DNA of 57,208 bases from Dehalococcoidia bacterium UBA1332. GTDB taxonomy: Bacteria > Chloroflexota > Dehalococcoidia > Lucifugimonadales > Lucifugimonadaceae. The notes under the pieces were generated by a model. The model made no database searches. It saw only the letters and a program-made list of their open reading frames with translations, and was not told the DNA's origin. Within the stretch, counting starts at the first letter, position 1, and each line of letters opens with the position of its first letter. Positions 31,912-41,773 of the stretch are shown one piece after another. Both the position numbers and the translations under genes were made by a program. The stretch covers positions 1 through 57,208 of the forward strand of contig DBSW01000155.1 of the NCBI GenBank assembly GCA_002306745.1, read 5' to 3'.

Positions 31912-33447
31912 ATGCCAAATTCAGACTCAGAACTAGGCAAGGTATACCTCGTAGGAGCCGGACCGGGTGATCCTGGTCTAATGACTGTCAAGGGACTGGA
32001 CTGCCTACGTAATGCTGACGCGGTAGTCCACGACAGACTCGCTTCATCAAGGCTTTTACGTGAAGCCCGTCAGGATGCAAAAATATATGATGCTGGCAAA
32101 CAGCGCGGCGAGCATAGAATGACACAAACAGAGATCAACAAACTACTTGTTGACCTCGGGTCAGCTGGAAACAATGTATGTCGTCTTAAGGGGGGAGACC
32201 CCTTTATTTTTGGGCGTGGCGGAGAGGAAGCAATTGAACTGACAGCCGCCGGTATCCCATGGGAAGTGGTGCCTGGAATTTCATCAACCATCGCCGCACC
32301 CGCATATGCAGGGATTCCTGTCACACAACGAGGTATATCCACATCGGTAACTATAGTTACTGGTAGTGAAGATCCTAATAAACTCGATTCAACAATCAAC
32401 TGGGACGCTCTTGCAAGATTATCGGGAACTCTGGTATTTGTGATGGCATGGAAAGGGATGAAGGATATCGTTTCAGCTCTCACATCACGCGGCATGTCTA
32501 AAGAACGATCAGCAGCCCTAATCCAATGGGGAACCACTGCAAAACAAAAAGTCGTGACGGGACCAATAAATGAAATCGTCGATCGCGGAGTAGACGCTAA
32601 AATTGGAGCGCCTGTAGCACTAGTTGTCGGGGAAGTCGCCGATCTTCGTAAATCAATGTCGTGGTTTGATCAACGACCACTTTTTGGAAAAAAAATTCTG
32701 GTCACACGAGCACGCACGCAAGCTAGCAGACTAGTCAGTCACCTTGAAGATTTAGGGGCGGAAGTGTTCGAATATCCAACAATAGAAATAGTACCGCCAC
32801 GTGACCATGGACCTTTAGATAAAGCTCTAAGAAACATTCAACATTATGACTGGATAATGTTCACAAGCTCTAATGCAGTACGCGGGTTGAGCAATCGTTT
32901 AAAAGCACTGAATACCGACTCTCGTTCTCTTTCGCATTTGAAATTCGGAGTTAATGGTCCGTCAACCGCAAAAGCCCTGTCCCAGCTCGGCATTAATGCA
33001 GATCTCATTCCTGAGCAATATCTTGCAAGCGCTATGGTTGAATTATTAAAAGAAAAGCATATTTACCCACGGAATGTCCTGTTTCCACGTAGTGAAATCG
33101 GACGAGAAACCCTAGCGCTAGGGTTACGCGAAATAGGATCGAATGTCGACGAGGTGATTGCTTACTCCACTCAGTCTCCAGCAAATACCGGAGAGCTAGC
33201 ACGCAAAGCCTACGCCGAAGGAATAGATTTCACCACATTCACAAGCTCGTCGACTGTGAGAAACCTTGTCGACCTACTTGGTGGATCTCCTGACAAAATA
33301 AACACAAGTAAAACAGTCATGATCGGTCCAATGACAGCGGAAACGGCTAAAGAGCTTAACGTGAACATTGATATAGAGGCTGATGAACAGTCAATCGCTG
33401 GAATAGTTGCAGCCATAAAATCTCACGTTGCAGGATCAAAACATTAG
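31912..33447 (+). CDS. cobA: uroporphyrinogen-III methyltransferase/synthase fusion
   Basis: LVGAGPGDPGL, RLKGGDPFIFGRGGEE, then a HemD domain with ILVTRA, FTSSNAV, FTSSSTV. Confidence 0.93.
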   Translation: MPNSDSELGKVYLVGAGPGDPGLMTVKGLDCLRNADAVVHDRLASSRLLREARQDAKIYDAGKQRGEHRMTQTEINKLLVDLGSAGNNVCRLKGGDPFIFGRGGEEAIELTAAGIPWEVVPGISSTIAAPAYAGIPVTQRGISTSVTIVTGSEDPNKLDSTINWDALARLSGTLVFVMAWKGMKDIVSALTSRGMSKERSAALIQWGTTAKQKVVTGPINEIVDRGVDAKIGAPVALVVGEVADLRKSMSWFDQRPLFGKKILVTRARTQASRLVSHLEDLGAEVFEYPTIEIVPPRDHGPLDKALRNIQHYDWIMFTSSNAVRGLSNRLKALNTDSRSLSHLKFGVNGPSTAKALSQLGINADLIPEQYLASAMVELLKEKHIYPRNVLFPRSEIGRETLALGLREIGSNVDEVIAYSTQSPANTGELARKAYAEGIDFTTFTSSSTVRNLVDLLGGSPDKINTSKTVMIGPMTAETAKELNVNIDIEADEQSIAGIVAAIKSHVAGSKH

Positions 33448-33460
33448 AGATAATAACGAA

Positions 33461-34441
33461 ATGGCCAGAGAGCAATATAAACAAATTAGGCGCCTGCGAA
33501 GAAATACAACACTTCGAGAGATGCTCAAAGAAAACCGACTTTCACCGGCGGAATTCATATACCCAATGTTTGTAACCAACGGTTCTGGTATACGAAACCC
33601 CATAAAACCTATGCCTGGCATAGATCAGATCTCTGTGGACATCGCAGTAGAAGAGGCTCAGAGAGCTTTTGAAGTAGGAGTCAAAGCAGTTCTTATATTT
33701 GGGTTACCGGACGAAAAAGACGCATTAGGCTCAAGCGCCAGTGACCCTACAGAAGCGGTACAGTCAGCTATAACAGAAATTAAACTAGGATCACCTGACA
33801 CATACGTCATTACTGATGTCTGCCTGTGTGAGTACACGGATCATGGACACTGTGGGATCATAAAGGACGAAGACCTAGATAGCGAAGCCACTCTTCCTTT
33901 GTTGGCTAAAACAGCTGTCTCACACGTCAGGGCTGGAGCAGATATGGTCGCCCCGTCAGCGATGATCGACGGACAAGTCGCCATAATCAGAAGCGAATTG
34001 AATGAAAAAGGATTCAACGATGTACCGATAATGGGGTATTCAGCAAAGTACACGTCAGCATTCTACGGACCATTTAGGATCGCCGCGGAATCTGCACCTA
34101 AGTTCGGCGATCGTGGTAGCTATCAAATGGGTTTTACGCAAAGTAGCGAAGCGATACGTGAAATACAATCAGATATCGAAGAAGGTGCAGATATTGTAAT
34201 GGTAAAGCCCGCTCTCGCTTACCTAGATGTAATAAAAGAAGCATCAATCAGATTCAATACACCAATTGCTGCCTACAATGTAAGCGGCGAGTATTCAATG
34301 ATTTCAGCAGCAGGCAACGCTGGATGGATCAATAGGGAAAAAGCCATTATGGAGGTGCTTACATCGATCAAACGTGCTGGTGCTAATCTCATTATCACAT
34401 ACAGCGCCATTGAAGCCGCACAATTACTGTCGAGAGGTTAG
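33461..34441 (+). CDS. hemB: porphobilinogen synthase (Zn-type)
   Basis: RRLR, DVCLCEYTDHGHCG, YSAKY.SAFYGPFR, MVKPA, YNVSGEY. Confidence 0.96.
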   Translation: MAREQYKQIRRLRRNTTLREMLKENRLSPAEFIYPMFVTNGSGIRNPIKPMPGIDQISVDIAVEEAQRAFEVGVKAVLIFGLPDEKDALGSSASDPTEAVQSAITEIKLGSPDTYVITDVCLCEYTDHGHCGIIKDEDLDSEATLPLLAKTAVSHVRAGADMVAPSAMIDGQVAIIRSELNEKGFNDVPIMGYSAKYTSAFYGPFRIAAESAPKFGDRGSYQMGFTQSSEAIREIQSDIEEGADIVMVKPALAYLDVIKEASIRFNTPIAAYNVSGEYSMISAAGNAGWINREKAIMEVLTSIKRAGANLIITYSAIEAAQLLSRG

Positions 34442-34594
34442 AAATCTAATCGTAAAATCGTGCAGCAGAAATTCTTCCATCACTATCGACACATGTATAC
34501 AAATTAATATTAAAACCAAGAAGTATTCAGTAGAACTACATCTTAAAAACAAAAACTACACATACACACAACTTCTATAGACAAGGAGAAACGT

Positions 34595-35335
34595 ATGAAA
34601 GAGTTGATCTCTAGCACTAACCTTCGCTACACGGCTGCAGAACTGATAGCGACATTCATGTTCGTATTCATGGGTGTTGGAGCCGTGGGAGCCGCAACAC
34701 ATGCTGGATTATCACTGATGTCCCCTTTTGATACAGCGGGACTAATTGTGATTGCACTCGGCCACGGTCTTGGAATTTTCCTAGGAATCATTGTTTTTGG
34801 GCGCATTACAGGCGCTCACATGAACCCTGCCGTCACAATCGCCACAGTTATCTCAGGGAACTTGAGTGTTATCCGCGGTGTTTCTTATGTATTAGGCCAA
34901 CTTATAGGGGCAATCGTCGCAATTGTTCTAATCGACACCGTCGTTTGGAATGTAGACTCTCTTGGAGTACACGGATTGACGGTGCCTACAAATAAAGCGT
35001 TAGCGATTGAAGTTATTCTAACCTTCTTCCTAGTTTTCACTATATTCGCAAGTGTAATTGATAAACGAGGAAACGCAGCTTGGGCACCTATTGCGATCGG
35101 ACTCGTAGTATTTGTCGATCACTTGATAGCAGTTCCACTCACAGGCGCTTCAATGAATCCTGCACGAACATTAGGTCCCGCACTAGTCCACGGCGATTGG
35201 GCCGATCACTGGGTCTACTGGGCTGGACCAATTATCGGCGGCATAGTAGCCGCCGTGACCTATGTGCTTCTGTTCTGTGAAAAATCTGAAAGGGATAAAC
35301 TAGGATGTCTTAAATTAACATCAGAAGAGACTTAA
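34595..35335 (+). CDS. aquaporin (MIP family)
   Basis: Two NPA motifs (HMNPAVT, SMNPAR), WVYWAGP. Confidence 0.93.
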   Translation: MKELISSTNLRYTAAELIATFMFVFMGVGAVGAATHAGLSLMSPFDTAGLIVIALGHGLGIFLGIIVFGRITGAHMNPAVTIATVISGNLSVIRGVSYVLGQLIGAIVAIVLIDTVVWNVDSLGVHGLTVPTNKALAIEVILTFFLVFTIFASVIDKRGNAAWAPIAIGLVVFVDHLIAVPLTGASMNPARTLGPALVHGDWADHWVYWAGPIIGGIVAAVTYVLLFCEKSERDKLGCLKLTSEET

Positions 35336-35379
35336 TACCCCCTATCAATGCGCTGGGTTCGAGCAATGGTTATAAGCGC

Positions 35380-36624
35380 ATGAAGCAACTGCCATTCATA
35401 GAAATAAAATCGGCAATGCCACTAAAACTGGCATTGCCGATTTTATTTCTCGTATTTGTAAATATATCCAGTTGCCATATCGACAAAAATCCTGAAATAG
35501 ATCAAATGTCCAAAGTTGACAATATGGTCTTCAAACTCCAAGAAGCGCTCGATGATTGGAGAGAAAACGAACATATAACTGGTGCAAACATGTCTGTGCT
35601 GTTCGATGCAACTAATAGCACAATCAATTTGGTCAGTGGGAATTCCAAACTGACTATAGACCCTACACGATTCTCTAATACTCCCCTTACAATCGATCAA
35701 CCAATGTTCGTCGGCGACATCACTCATGTTCTGATCGCAGCCAAAGTTATCGAACTCGCGGAACAAAATTTAGTCCAGCTCAATCAAACCATTAAAATCT
35801 GGTTCCCAACAATTGAAAATGCCGAGCGCATAACGATTAGAAACCTTCTGGAGCATACCAGCGGTGTACCAGTTTTTTACACAGAAGAATTCTTAAACCA
35901 AATTTATGACAAAAACCCCAATTTTATTAGTAGTCCAGAACAAGTTATAGATATAGCCGCAAAAAGAGGATCATTCTTTGACCCCAGCACAAAGTACGGA
36001 TATTCAAAAACCAACTTCATAATTCTCGGTCGAATCATAGAAATAGTAACCAACACCCCTATTGAGACGGTTTTAAGAAACACTTTTTTCTACCCATTAG
36101 GTATGAATGACACCTACCTCGCTGGTAGAGAAGATATACCGGGCGGTGTACCCGGTGGCTATGAATACGTAGGACCAAACTCAATAGCGCCAACTGAGAT
36201 TGAAGGGCATGTACCTCAATCACCTACCCCGTCAGTCATAAGCGCAGAGTGGACATCAGGTGCATTGGTATCTACACCGCGAGACCTATTAAAGTTAATC
36301 CAATCAATCTTTTGCGACCCAAAATATTCACGGATCAGGTCTGAAATTATTAAACCGTCAATTCACCCTGCACAAACAGGGAGCACAATAATTGACTCTG
36401 GTGCCGGAGTATTCATCTGGAATGATTATGGTGAACAAACGATTGGACAATTTGGATTCATTTACCCGTTCTCGGCGCAGTTCATTATATGGACTGAATC
36501 TAAAATTGCAGTGGTTGTAATTGCGAACGAAGTTGATTCATCTAAAAACCCCAACTCAAATTTTCAACTACCAACTATTGAAAATCTCACATCAAAAGTT
36601 AGAGAAATAATTGTGAATAATTGA
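35380..36624 (+). CDS. beta-lactamase/serine hydrolase-fold secreted protein with altered catalytic motifs
   Basis: ITIRNLLEHTSG, PLGMNDT, GALVSTPRDL show the fold; SxxK reads DITH and YxN reads YSK. Confidence 0.75.
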   Translation: MKQLPFIEIKSAMPLKLALPILFLVFVNISSCHIDKNPEIDQMSKVDNMVFKLQEALDDWRENEHITGANMSVLFDATNSTINLVSGNSKLTIDPTRFSNTPLTIDQPMFVGDITHVLIAAKVIELAEQNLVQLNQTIKIWFPTIENAERITIRNLLEHTSGVPVFYTEEFLNQIYDKNPNFISSPEQVIDIAAKRGSFFDPSTKYGYSKTNFIILGRIIEIVTNTPIETVLRNTFFYPLGMNDTYLAGREDIPGGVPGGYEYVGPNSIAPTEIEGHVPQSPTPSVISAEWTSGALVSTPRDLLKLIQSIFCDPKYSRIRSEIIKPSIHPAQTGSTIIDSGAGVFIWNDYGEQTIGQFGFIYPFSAQFIIWTESKIAVVVIANEVDSSKNPNSNFQLPTIENLTSKVREIIVNN

Positions 36625-36774
36625 CTTTGCAACCGTAATTTTCAGTCCTTATTGTATTTAGTCGAAAAACTTAGATCAAATGACAATACATATATGAATT
36701 TTTGCCGTAAAAAGTTAAATATCTAACTAATAAATAGTTCAGGCGATAACAAAAGATTAAATTGTGAAAATCGC

Positions 36775-37209
36775 TTATATCCTTACATGACCGCGAAAAG
36801 TCGACCTCTTGACTGAACCAAATTTACGACTATCTAGGGCAGATACTCTATTATCACCAAGCACAATATATTCATCATCACGAGTCCACCACTTGTGATT
36901 ATCTGAGGTCTTTTCTGAATAGAATGCAAATAAGTCTGGAACAAGTTTTCCGTTTATTATCAATTGACCGTTGCGCAGGAAAACTTCTTCATTAGGCAAG
37001 CCAACAACCCGCTTGATTGCCCAAAGACCCTCTTTACCAGGTTCTTGAAATAAGACCACATCAACCCGTTTCGGTTTGTTTCGGCGAAATCCAGCTCGGC
37101 GCACAAACAATAGTGAATTCGCTGTGACGTTAGGCTCCATACTCGCCCCAATCACTTTATACAATCTTATTGAAAGTAATTGAATTAACCAGTCGATAAT
37201 AAAATTCAA
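36775..37209 (-). CDS. sodX: S26 peptidase, probable NiSOD maturation protease
   Basis: GASMEP (Ser), IKRVVG (Lys), GDN...DSRKFG; divergent from sodN. Confidence 0.7.
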   Translation of the reverse strand: MNFIIDWLIQLLSIRLYKVIGASMEPNVTANSLLFVRRAGFRRNKPKRVDVVLFQEPGKEGLWAIKRVVGLPNEEVFLRNGQLIINGKLVPDLFAFYSEKTSDNHKWWTRDDEYIVLGDNRVSALDSRKFGSVKRSTFRGHVRI

Positions 37210-37342
37210 CTCAGAATCGCGTTTCTACGTGTTAGATTTATTAGACTACTCGACGCCATGAGGATTCGAGTATACGATCGCAGCGTGTATTTTCACCCAA
37301 GACCTGCATACTGAGAAGTCCCTATTTCTAGGAGAAAAATAA

Positions 37343-37771
37343 ATGTTCCAAACAATTTCACAAATCGCTAATAGGTTTCTACCTATCGGTGCCGCCTATG
37401 CACATTGTGACATCCCTTGCGGAATTTACGATCCACGTGACGCCATACAGGCAGCACAAACCGTAATACGAATGACTGAACTAATTCAAGAGCTAGGTGT
37501 TCCCTCCACCGTTCAAGAACACAATTCACTAAACAGATACGTCACTGTAAAGGAAGAACACGCCAAAAAAGCAAAAGATGACATCCTCGTTATTTGGACA
37601 GATTACTTCAAGCCTGAGCATCTCAGCGCATTCCCTGACTTACATACCAAGGTATGGGAAGCCTGCAAGCTTGGTTCTCAGGTAAAGCAGCATGTGGACA
37701 TGGACGCTGCTATAGCGTTTAAAGCATCTCTCGAAGAAATCGGCAACGCGTTCGCAGAAACTAAAAAATAA
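37343..37771 (+). CDS. sodN: nickel superoxide dismutase
   Basis: Nickel hook HCDIPCGIYDP after a 20-aa leader; KEEHA, WTDYFKP. Confidence 0.97.
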   Translation: MFQTISQIANRFLPIGAAYAHCDIPCGIYDPRDAIQAAQTVIRMTELIQELGVPSTVQEHNSLNRYVTVKEEHAKKAKDDILVIWTDYFKPEHLSAFPDLHTKVWEACKLGSQVKQHVDMDAAIAFKASLEEIGNAFAETKK

Positions 37772-37795
37772 AAAATTGCTACAAAGATATCGTTG

Positions 37796-37827
37796 AAACG
37801 GGACAGGCGTTTTGCCTGTCCCGTTTT
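37796..37827 (+). terminator. rho-independent terminator after sodN
   Basis: Perfect 13-bp inverted repeat AAACGGGACAGGC-gtttt-GCCTGTCCCGTTT. Confidence 0.85.
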
Positions 37828-37921
37828 GACTTAAATTGTTTCTAGTCCATATGTCTAATCGGTAACTCAAGTTCAAGTATCCTCACAAAAACTGTAACTA
37901 GTCAACATTCAAGTCCTTAAT

Positions 37922-38974
37922 TTGCACATTTACGAAATCGATACCCCCGCAATCGTCATCGACGTCGATGTACTAGAAAAAAACATCAAGGACATGGCGA
38001 ATCATTGTCAAAATCTTGGAATAGACCTGCGAGGGCACACAAAAAGCCATAAAAATCCTGAAATCGCAAAGATGCAAATCGAAGCGGGTTCAAAGGGAGT
38101 CGTATGCCAGAAACTTGGTGATGCCGAAAACATGGCACAAGCGGGAATTGAAGACATTTTATTGACTTACAACATAGTCGGAAAGTATAAGTTACGTCGA
38201 CTTTGTAAGTTAGCACGACTTACAAGCATAACAGTCACAGTTGACTCTCTCGCTGTTGCACAGGGCATTTCTGATCAAGCATCAGAAGATGGAGTGATAA
38301 TCGGAGTGCTTATCGAAATCGACACAGGGGGCAATCGCACAGGGGTTCAATCCCCAACTGCTGCCGAAAATCTAGCAAAACAAGTTAGCAATCTACCCGG
38401 CTTACGGCTTAAAGGCCTAATGACTTACCCAAGCCTAATTAGTGCCAAGCCTGTAATCGATGAAGCCGTTGAAAGGTTTATTAATTCCGGTCTTTCGCTT
38501 GAAATTATCAGTGGGGGTGGGACCGGAGCAGAGTCGGTTTCTAAAGCGCTCGGTTTTACTGAACACAGAAGTGGATCGTACGTTTATGAAGGCCTATCTA
38601 GAATAAATGGAAGAGGGGACGGGACAGATCTTTCTCCTCAGAGATGTCCACTTAGAGTCGTAACCACAGTCGTTAGCGTTCCAACCAGAAGCCGAGTAAT
38701 TGTTGATGCGGGAATGAAAACCTTCCGCATGTTTCCAGATATGCCTTATGGCTACATTATTGAAGACACCAACCTGAGATTCGACGGCATGTCAGTAGAA
38801 CATGGACAAATAAACAGTAAGAATTCAGAAAATTCTTACCAGGTCGGCGATAAACTAACCATTATCCCTACCTATCAAGAAGGTGTGACAAATCTTCACG
38901 ACAAAATCTTCTGGATGCGCAATGATCATGTCGAAAGAGTTTTCAAAAATATAGGGCGTGGCAAAGTCCAGTAA
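37922..38974 (+). CDS. fold-type III PLP enzyme (D-threonine aldolase/D-serine dehydratase-like)
   Basis: DTPA.VID, LRGHTKSHK (PLP Lys), EIDTG..RTGV, SGGGT, VDAG.K, SVEHG. Confidence 0.85.
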   Translation: MHIYEIDTPAIVIDVDVLEKNIKDMANHCQNLGIDLRGHTKSHKNPEIAKMQIEAGSKGVVCQKLGDAENMAQAGIEDILLTYNIVGKYKLRRLCKLARLTSITVTVDSLAVAQGISDQASEDGVIIGVLIEIDTGGNRTGVQSPTAAENLAKQVSNLPGLRLKGLMTYPSLISAKPVIDEAVERFINSGLSLEIISGGGTGAESVSKALGFTEHRSGSYVYEGLSRINGRGDGTDLSPQRCPLRVVTTVVSVPTRSRVIVDAGMKTFRMFPDMPYGYIIEDTNLRFDGMSVEHGQINSKNSENSYQVGDKLTIIPTYQEGVTNLHDKIFWMRNDHVERVFKNIGRGKVQ

Positions 38975-39009
38975 AGATTCCGAATTCGACTCAGTCCAAC
39001 ACTTGCAAT

Positions 39010-41238
39010 CTACACGTTCGCTAGAATTTTGTTTAGCGTATCACTGGGACACATTGCAGATTTCATTAGATCGTCATCACAATGATAATAACCGCCCAAT
39101 TGCTGTGGTTTGCCCTGTGTTAAATCCAATTCTGAAATGATCTTATCTTCATTCTTCCGCATAGCTTCCTCGACTATTTGGAAACGATTGGCAAGATCAG
39201 CGTCTTCTGTTTGTGATGCAAGCGCTTGCGCCCAATAAAGTGTCAAATAAAACGTACTGCCACGGTTATCCAATTCGGTGACCCTACGTGATGGCAACTT
39301 TCCGTGCTGTAAGTATTGACCTGTCGCCTGATCTAAGGCGTCTCCCAGTAATTCAGCACCCTTGTTACCAAACTGCTCGCCTAAGTATTGCAGTGATGCT
39401 GCTAATGCCATGTACTCACCTAATGAATCCCAGCGGAGGTGACCTTGTTCTTCGAACTGCTGCACATGTTTTGGAGCAGAGCCGCCGGCTCCAGTCTCGA
39501 AAAGTCCGCCACCATTCAACAACGGCACTATCGAAAGCATTCGTGCACTTGTACCAATTTCCAATATCGGAAACAGATCGGTCAAGTAATCTCTTAACAC
39601 ATTACCAGTGACCGATATAGTGTCTTTACCTACACGAATTCGCTCAAGAGAAAGCTTCATTGCGTCAACCGGTGAAAGCACACGGATGTCGAGGCCTTCG
39701 GTGTCTTCTCCGAGTAGGTATTCATTGACCTTCTTGATTAGTTCAGCATCGTGCGCACGATTCTTGTTCAGCCAGAAAATCGCTGGTGACCCCGTTGCCC
39801 GTGATCGTCGAATTGCGAGCTTTACCCAATCACGAATAGCAACATCTTTAGTCTGACATGCACGCCAAATATCACCAATTTCTACTTCATGAGAAAGCAG
39901 AACATTACCTATATCATCAACAATCCTGATAGCACCATATCCATTAACCTCAAATGTTTTGTCATGAGAACCGTATTCCTCCGCCTTCTGTGCCATCAGA
40001 CCTACATTAGGGACAGTTCCCATAACTGAAGGATCTAGCTGACCATTTGCTTTACAGTCCTCAACAGTTGCTGAGTAGATACCGGCGTAAGTGGAATCGG
40101 GTATAACAATCTTTACGTCCTGTAACTCACCGTCCGCATTCCACATTTTTCCGGAATCCCGAATTACAGGAGGAATCGATGCATCTATTATCACGTCACT
40201 TGGAACATGCAGGTTTGTAATCCCTTTACTCGAGTCAACCATCGCAATTCCCGGGCCATCGGCAAAGTCTTGTTCTAAATCAGAAACAATCGCTGCTTCA
40301 GGGTCTCGAATTAATCCAGATAATTTGGTCAACACGTCGCCAAGGCCATTATTTGGATCCGCCCCGAGCTCTGCGATTTCAGGTTCATGATTCTTGAAAA
40401 GATTCGAAAAATAAGTTCGCACTCCATGACCAAAAATAATTGGGTCGGAGACTTTCATCATAGTCGCTTTAAGGTGGAGCGAATAAAGTACATCGTGTTT
40501 CTTTGCGTCAGCAATTTGATCTTCAAAGAAACGCACTAGTGACTTTCGGCTCATCTTTGTGGCGTCGACGACCTCACCTTTGATCAGAGGCAGAGATTCA
40601 ATCAGAGTTGTGATCTTACCGTCGTCGTCAACATACTCGACTTTTGCTTGAGTATCATTTGTGATGGTCGTGGATTTCTCGTTATGGAAAAAATCCCCCT
40701 CAGACATTGTCGAAACATGTGTCTTAGATTTTTTTGTCCATTCCCCCATTCGAGGCGGATTAGCTTTGGCAAAATCTTTTACAGCTTTGGGAGCCCGTCG
40801 ATCAGAATTACCTTGACGTAAAACAGGGTTGACTGCACTACCCATCGTCTTTTCATAACGTTTCTTTGTATCCTGCTCCTCAAGGGTTACTGGGTCATCT
40901 GGATAATCAGGCAGCGGATAACCATGCTCCTGAAGTTCAGCAATACACTTCTTCATTTGTGGGACCGAAGCGCTAATATTTGGGAGCTTAATTATGTTTG
41001 CTTCAGGGAGTTCAACTAACCGACTCAGATCCGCTAAGTCATCATCTACCGCTTTATCACCCAAAATCTCCGGGAACTGCGCTAAAACTCGGCCCGCCAG
41101 CGAAATATCTCGAGTTTCAATTTCAACCCCAGCAGTAGCGACGAACGACCGAACGGCTTGCAAGAAAGCATATGTTGCAAGCGCTGGGGCCTCGTCAGTC
41201 AAAGTGTAAATAATCGAAGGTGATTGGGTCATGATCAA
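39010..41238 (-). CDS. icd: monomeric NADP-dependent isocitrate dehydrogenase
   Basis: [63 protein letters not shown]. Confidence 0.96.
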   Translation of the reverse strand: MIMTQSPSIIYTLTDEAPALATYAFLQAVRSFVATAGVEIETRDISLAGRVLAQFPEILGDKAVDDDLADLSRLVELPEANIIKLPNISASVPQMKKCIAELQEHGYPLPDYPDDPVTLEEQDTKKRYEKTMGSAVNPVLRQGNSDRRAPKAVKDFAKANPPRMGEWTKKSKTHVSTMSEGDFFHNEKSTTITNDTQAKVEYVDDDGKITTLIESLPLIKGEVVDATKMSRKSLVRFFEDQIADAKKHDVLYSLHLKATMMKVSDPIIFGHGVRTYFSNLFKNHEPEIAELGADPNNGLGDVLTKLSGLIRDPEAAIVSDLEQDFADGPGIAMVDSSKGITNLHVPSDVIIDASIPPVIRDSGKMWNADGELQDVKIVIPDSTYAGIYSATVEDCKANGQLDPSVMGTVPNVGLMAQKAEEYGSHDKTFEVNGYGAIRIVDDIGNVLLSHEVEIGDIWRACQTKDVAIRDWVKLAIRRSRATGSPAIFWLNKNRAHDAELIKKVNEYLLGEDTEGLDIRVLSPVDAMKLSLERIRVGKDTISVTGNVLRDYLTDLFPILEIGTSARMLSIVPLLNGGGLFETGAGGSAPKHVQQFEEQGHLRWDSLGEYMALAASLQYLGEQFGNKGAELLGDALDQATGQYLQHGKLPSRRVTELDNRGSTFYLTLYWAQALASQTEDADLANRFQIVEEAMRKNEDKIISELDLTQGKPQQLGGYYHCDDDLMKSAMCPSDTLNKILANV

Positions 41239-41403
41239 TGATTCAAAAACATCCGTTCTACGGTACTAGTTATACATGCAATGATGCTCAAGTATATGAC
41301 TTAACTAAGCATCCAGTAGGCGTGAGAATGAGAATTCTATTTCAGTAATTATCAGTCTTAGTTCAAAACTTCAAATGATCCCTAGAAAAGTCTCAGTTGC
41401 TAT

Positions 41404-41766
41404 CTATTTATCGAAAAACCTTACTTTGTCCGATATGTACTCTTCTCGGATAGGCGACCATATATCAAGAGCAACACAACCAGCGCTCGTCGCTACCACA
41501 CGGTGAGGAACGTCAGCCGGAATCACGTAATGATCTCCAACTTCGAGACGCTCTTTCGATTCACCCACATAGAACCAAGCCGAACCTTCCAATACACGAC
41601 CACACTGCTCATTAATATGAGAATGCTCAGGGACTTCAACATCGGGTTCGATATCAATAACCCCCATCATAATCAAATCTCCCCATATAAGTCGGGCGGA
41701 TACACCGGGGAGGAGCTCTCGCTTCTCCACATCATTCTCACTGTAAAAATATTTTTCAGGAAACAT
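41404..41766 (-). CDS. cupin domain protein
   Basis: PEHSH.NEQ.G.VLEG, IPADVPH, DIWSP.RE. Confidence 0.85.
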   Translation of the reverse strand: MFPEKYFYSENDVEKRELLPGVSARLIWGDLIMMGVIDIEPDVEVPEHSHINEQCGRVLEGSAWFYVGESKERLEVGDHYVIPADVPHRVVATSAGCVALDIWSPIREEYISDKVRFFDK

Positions 41767-41773
41767 AGCGATC

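Noticed and set aside
32070-32537. Long antisense ORFs (also 46770-47237, 49412-49795, 14868-15245 and others)
   Set aside because: They are shadows of well-conserved genes on the opposite strand, with no motifs of their own.
35348-35381. GGTTCGAG within a short inverted repeat, resembling a tRNA T-loop
   Set aside because: No acceptor, D or anticodon arms; too short.
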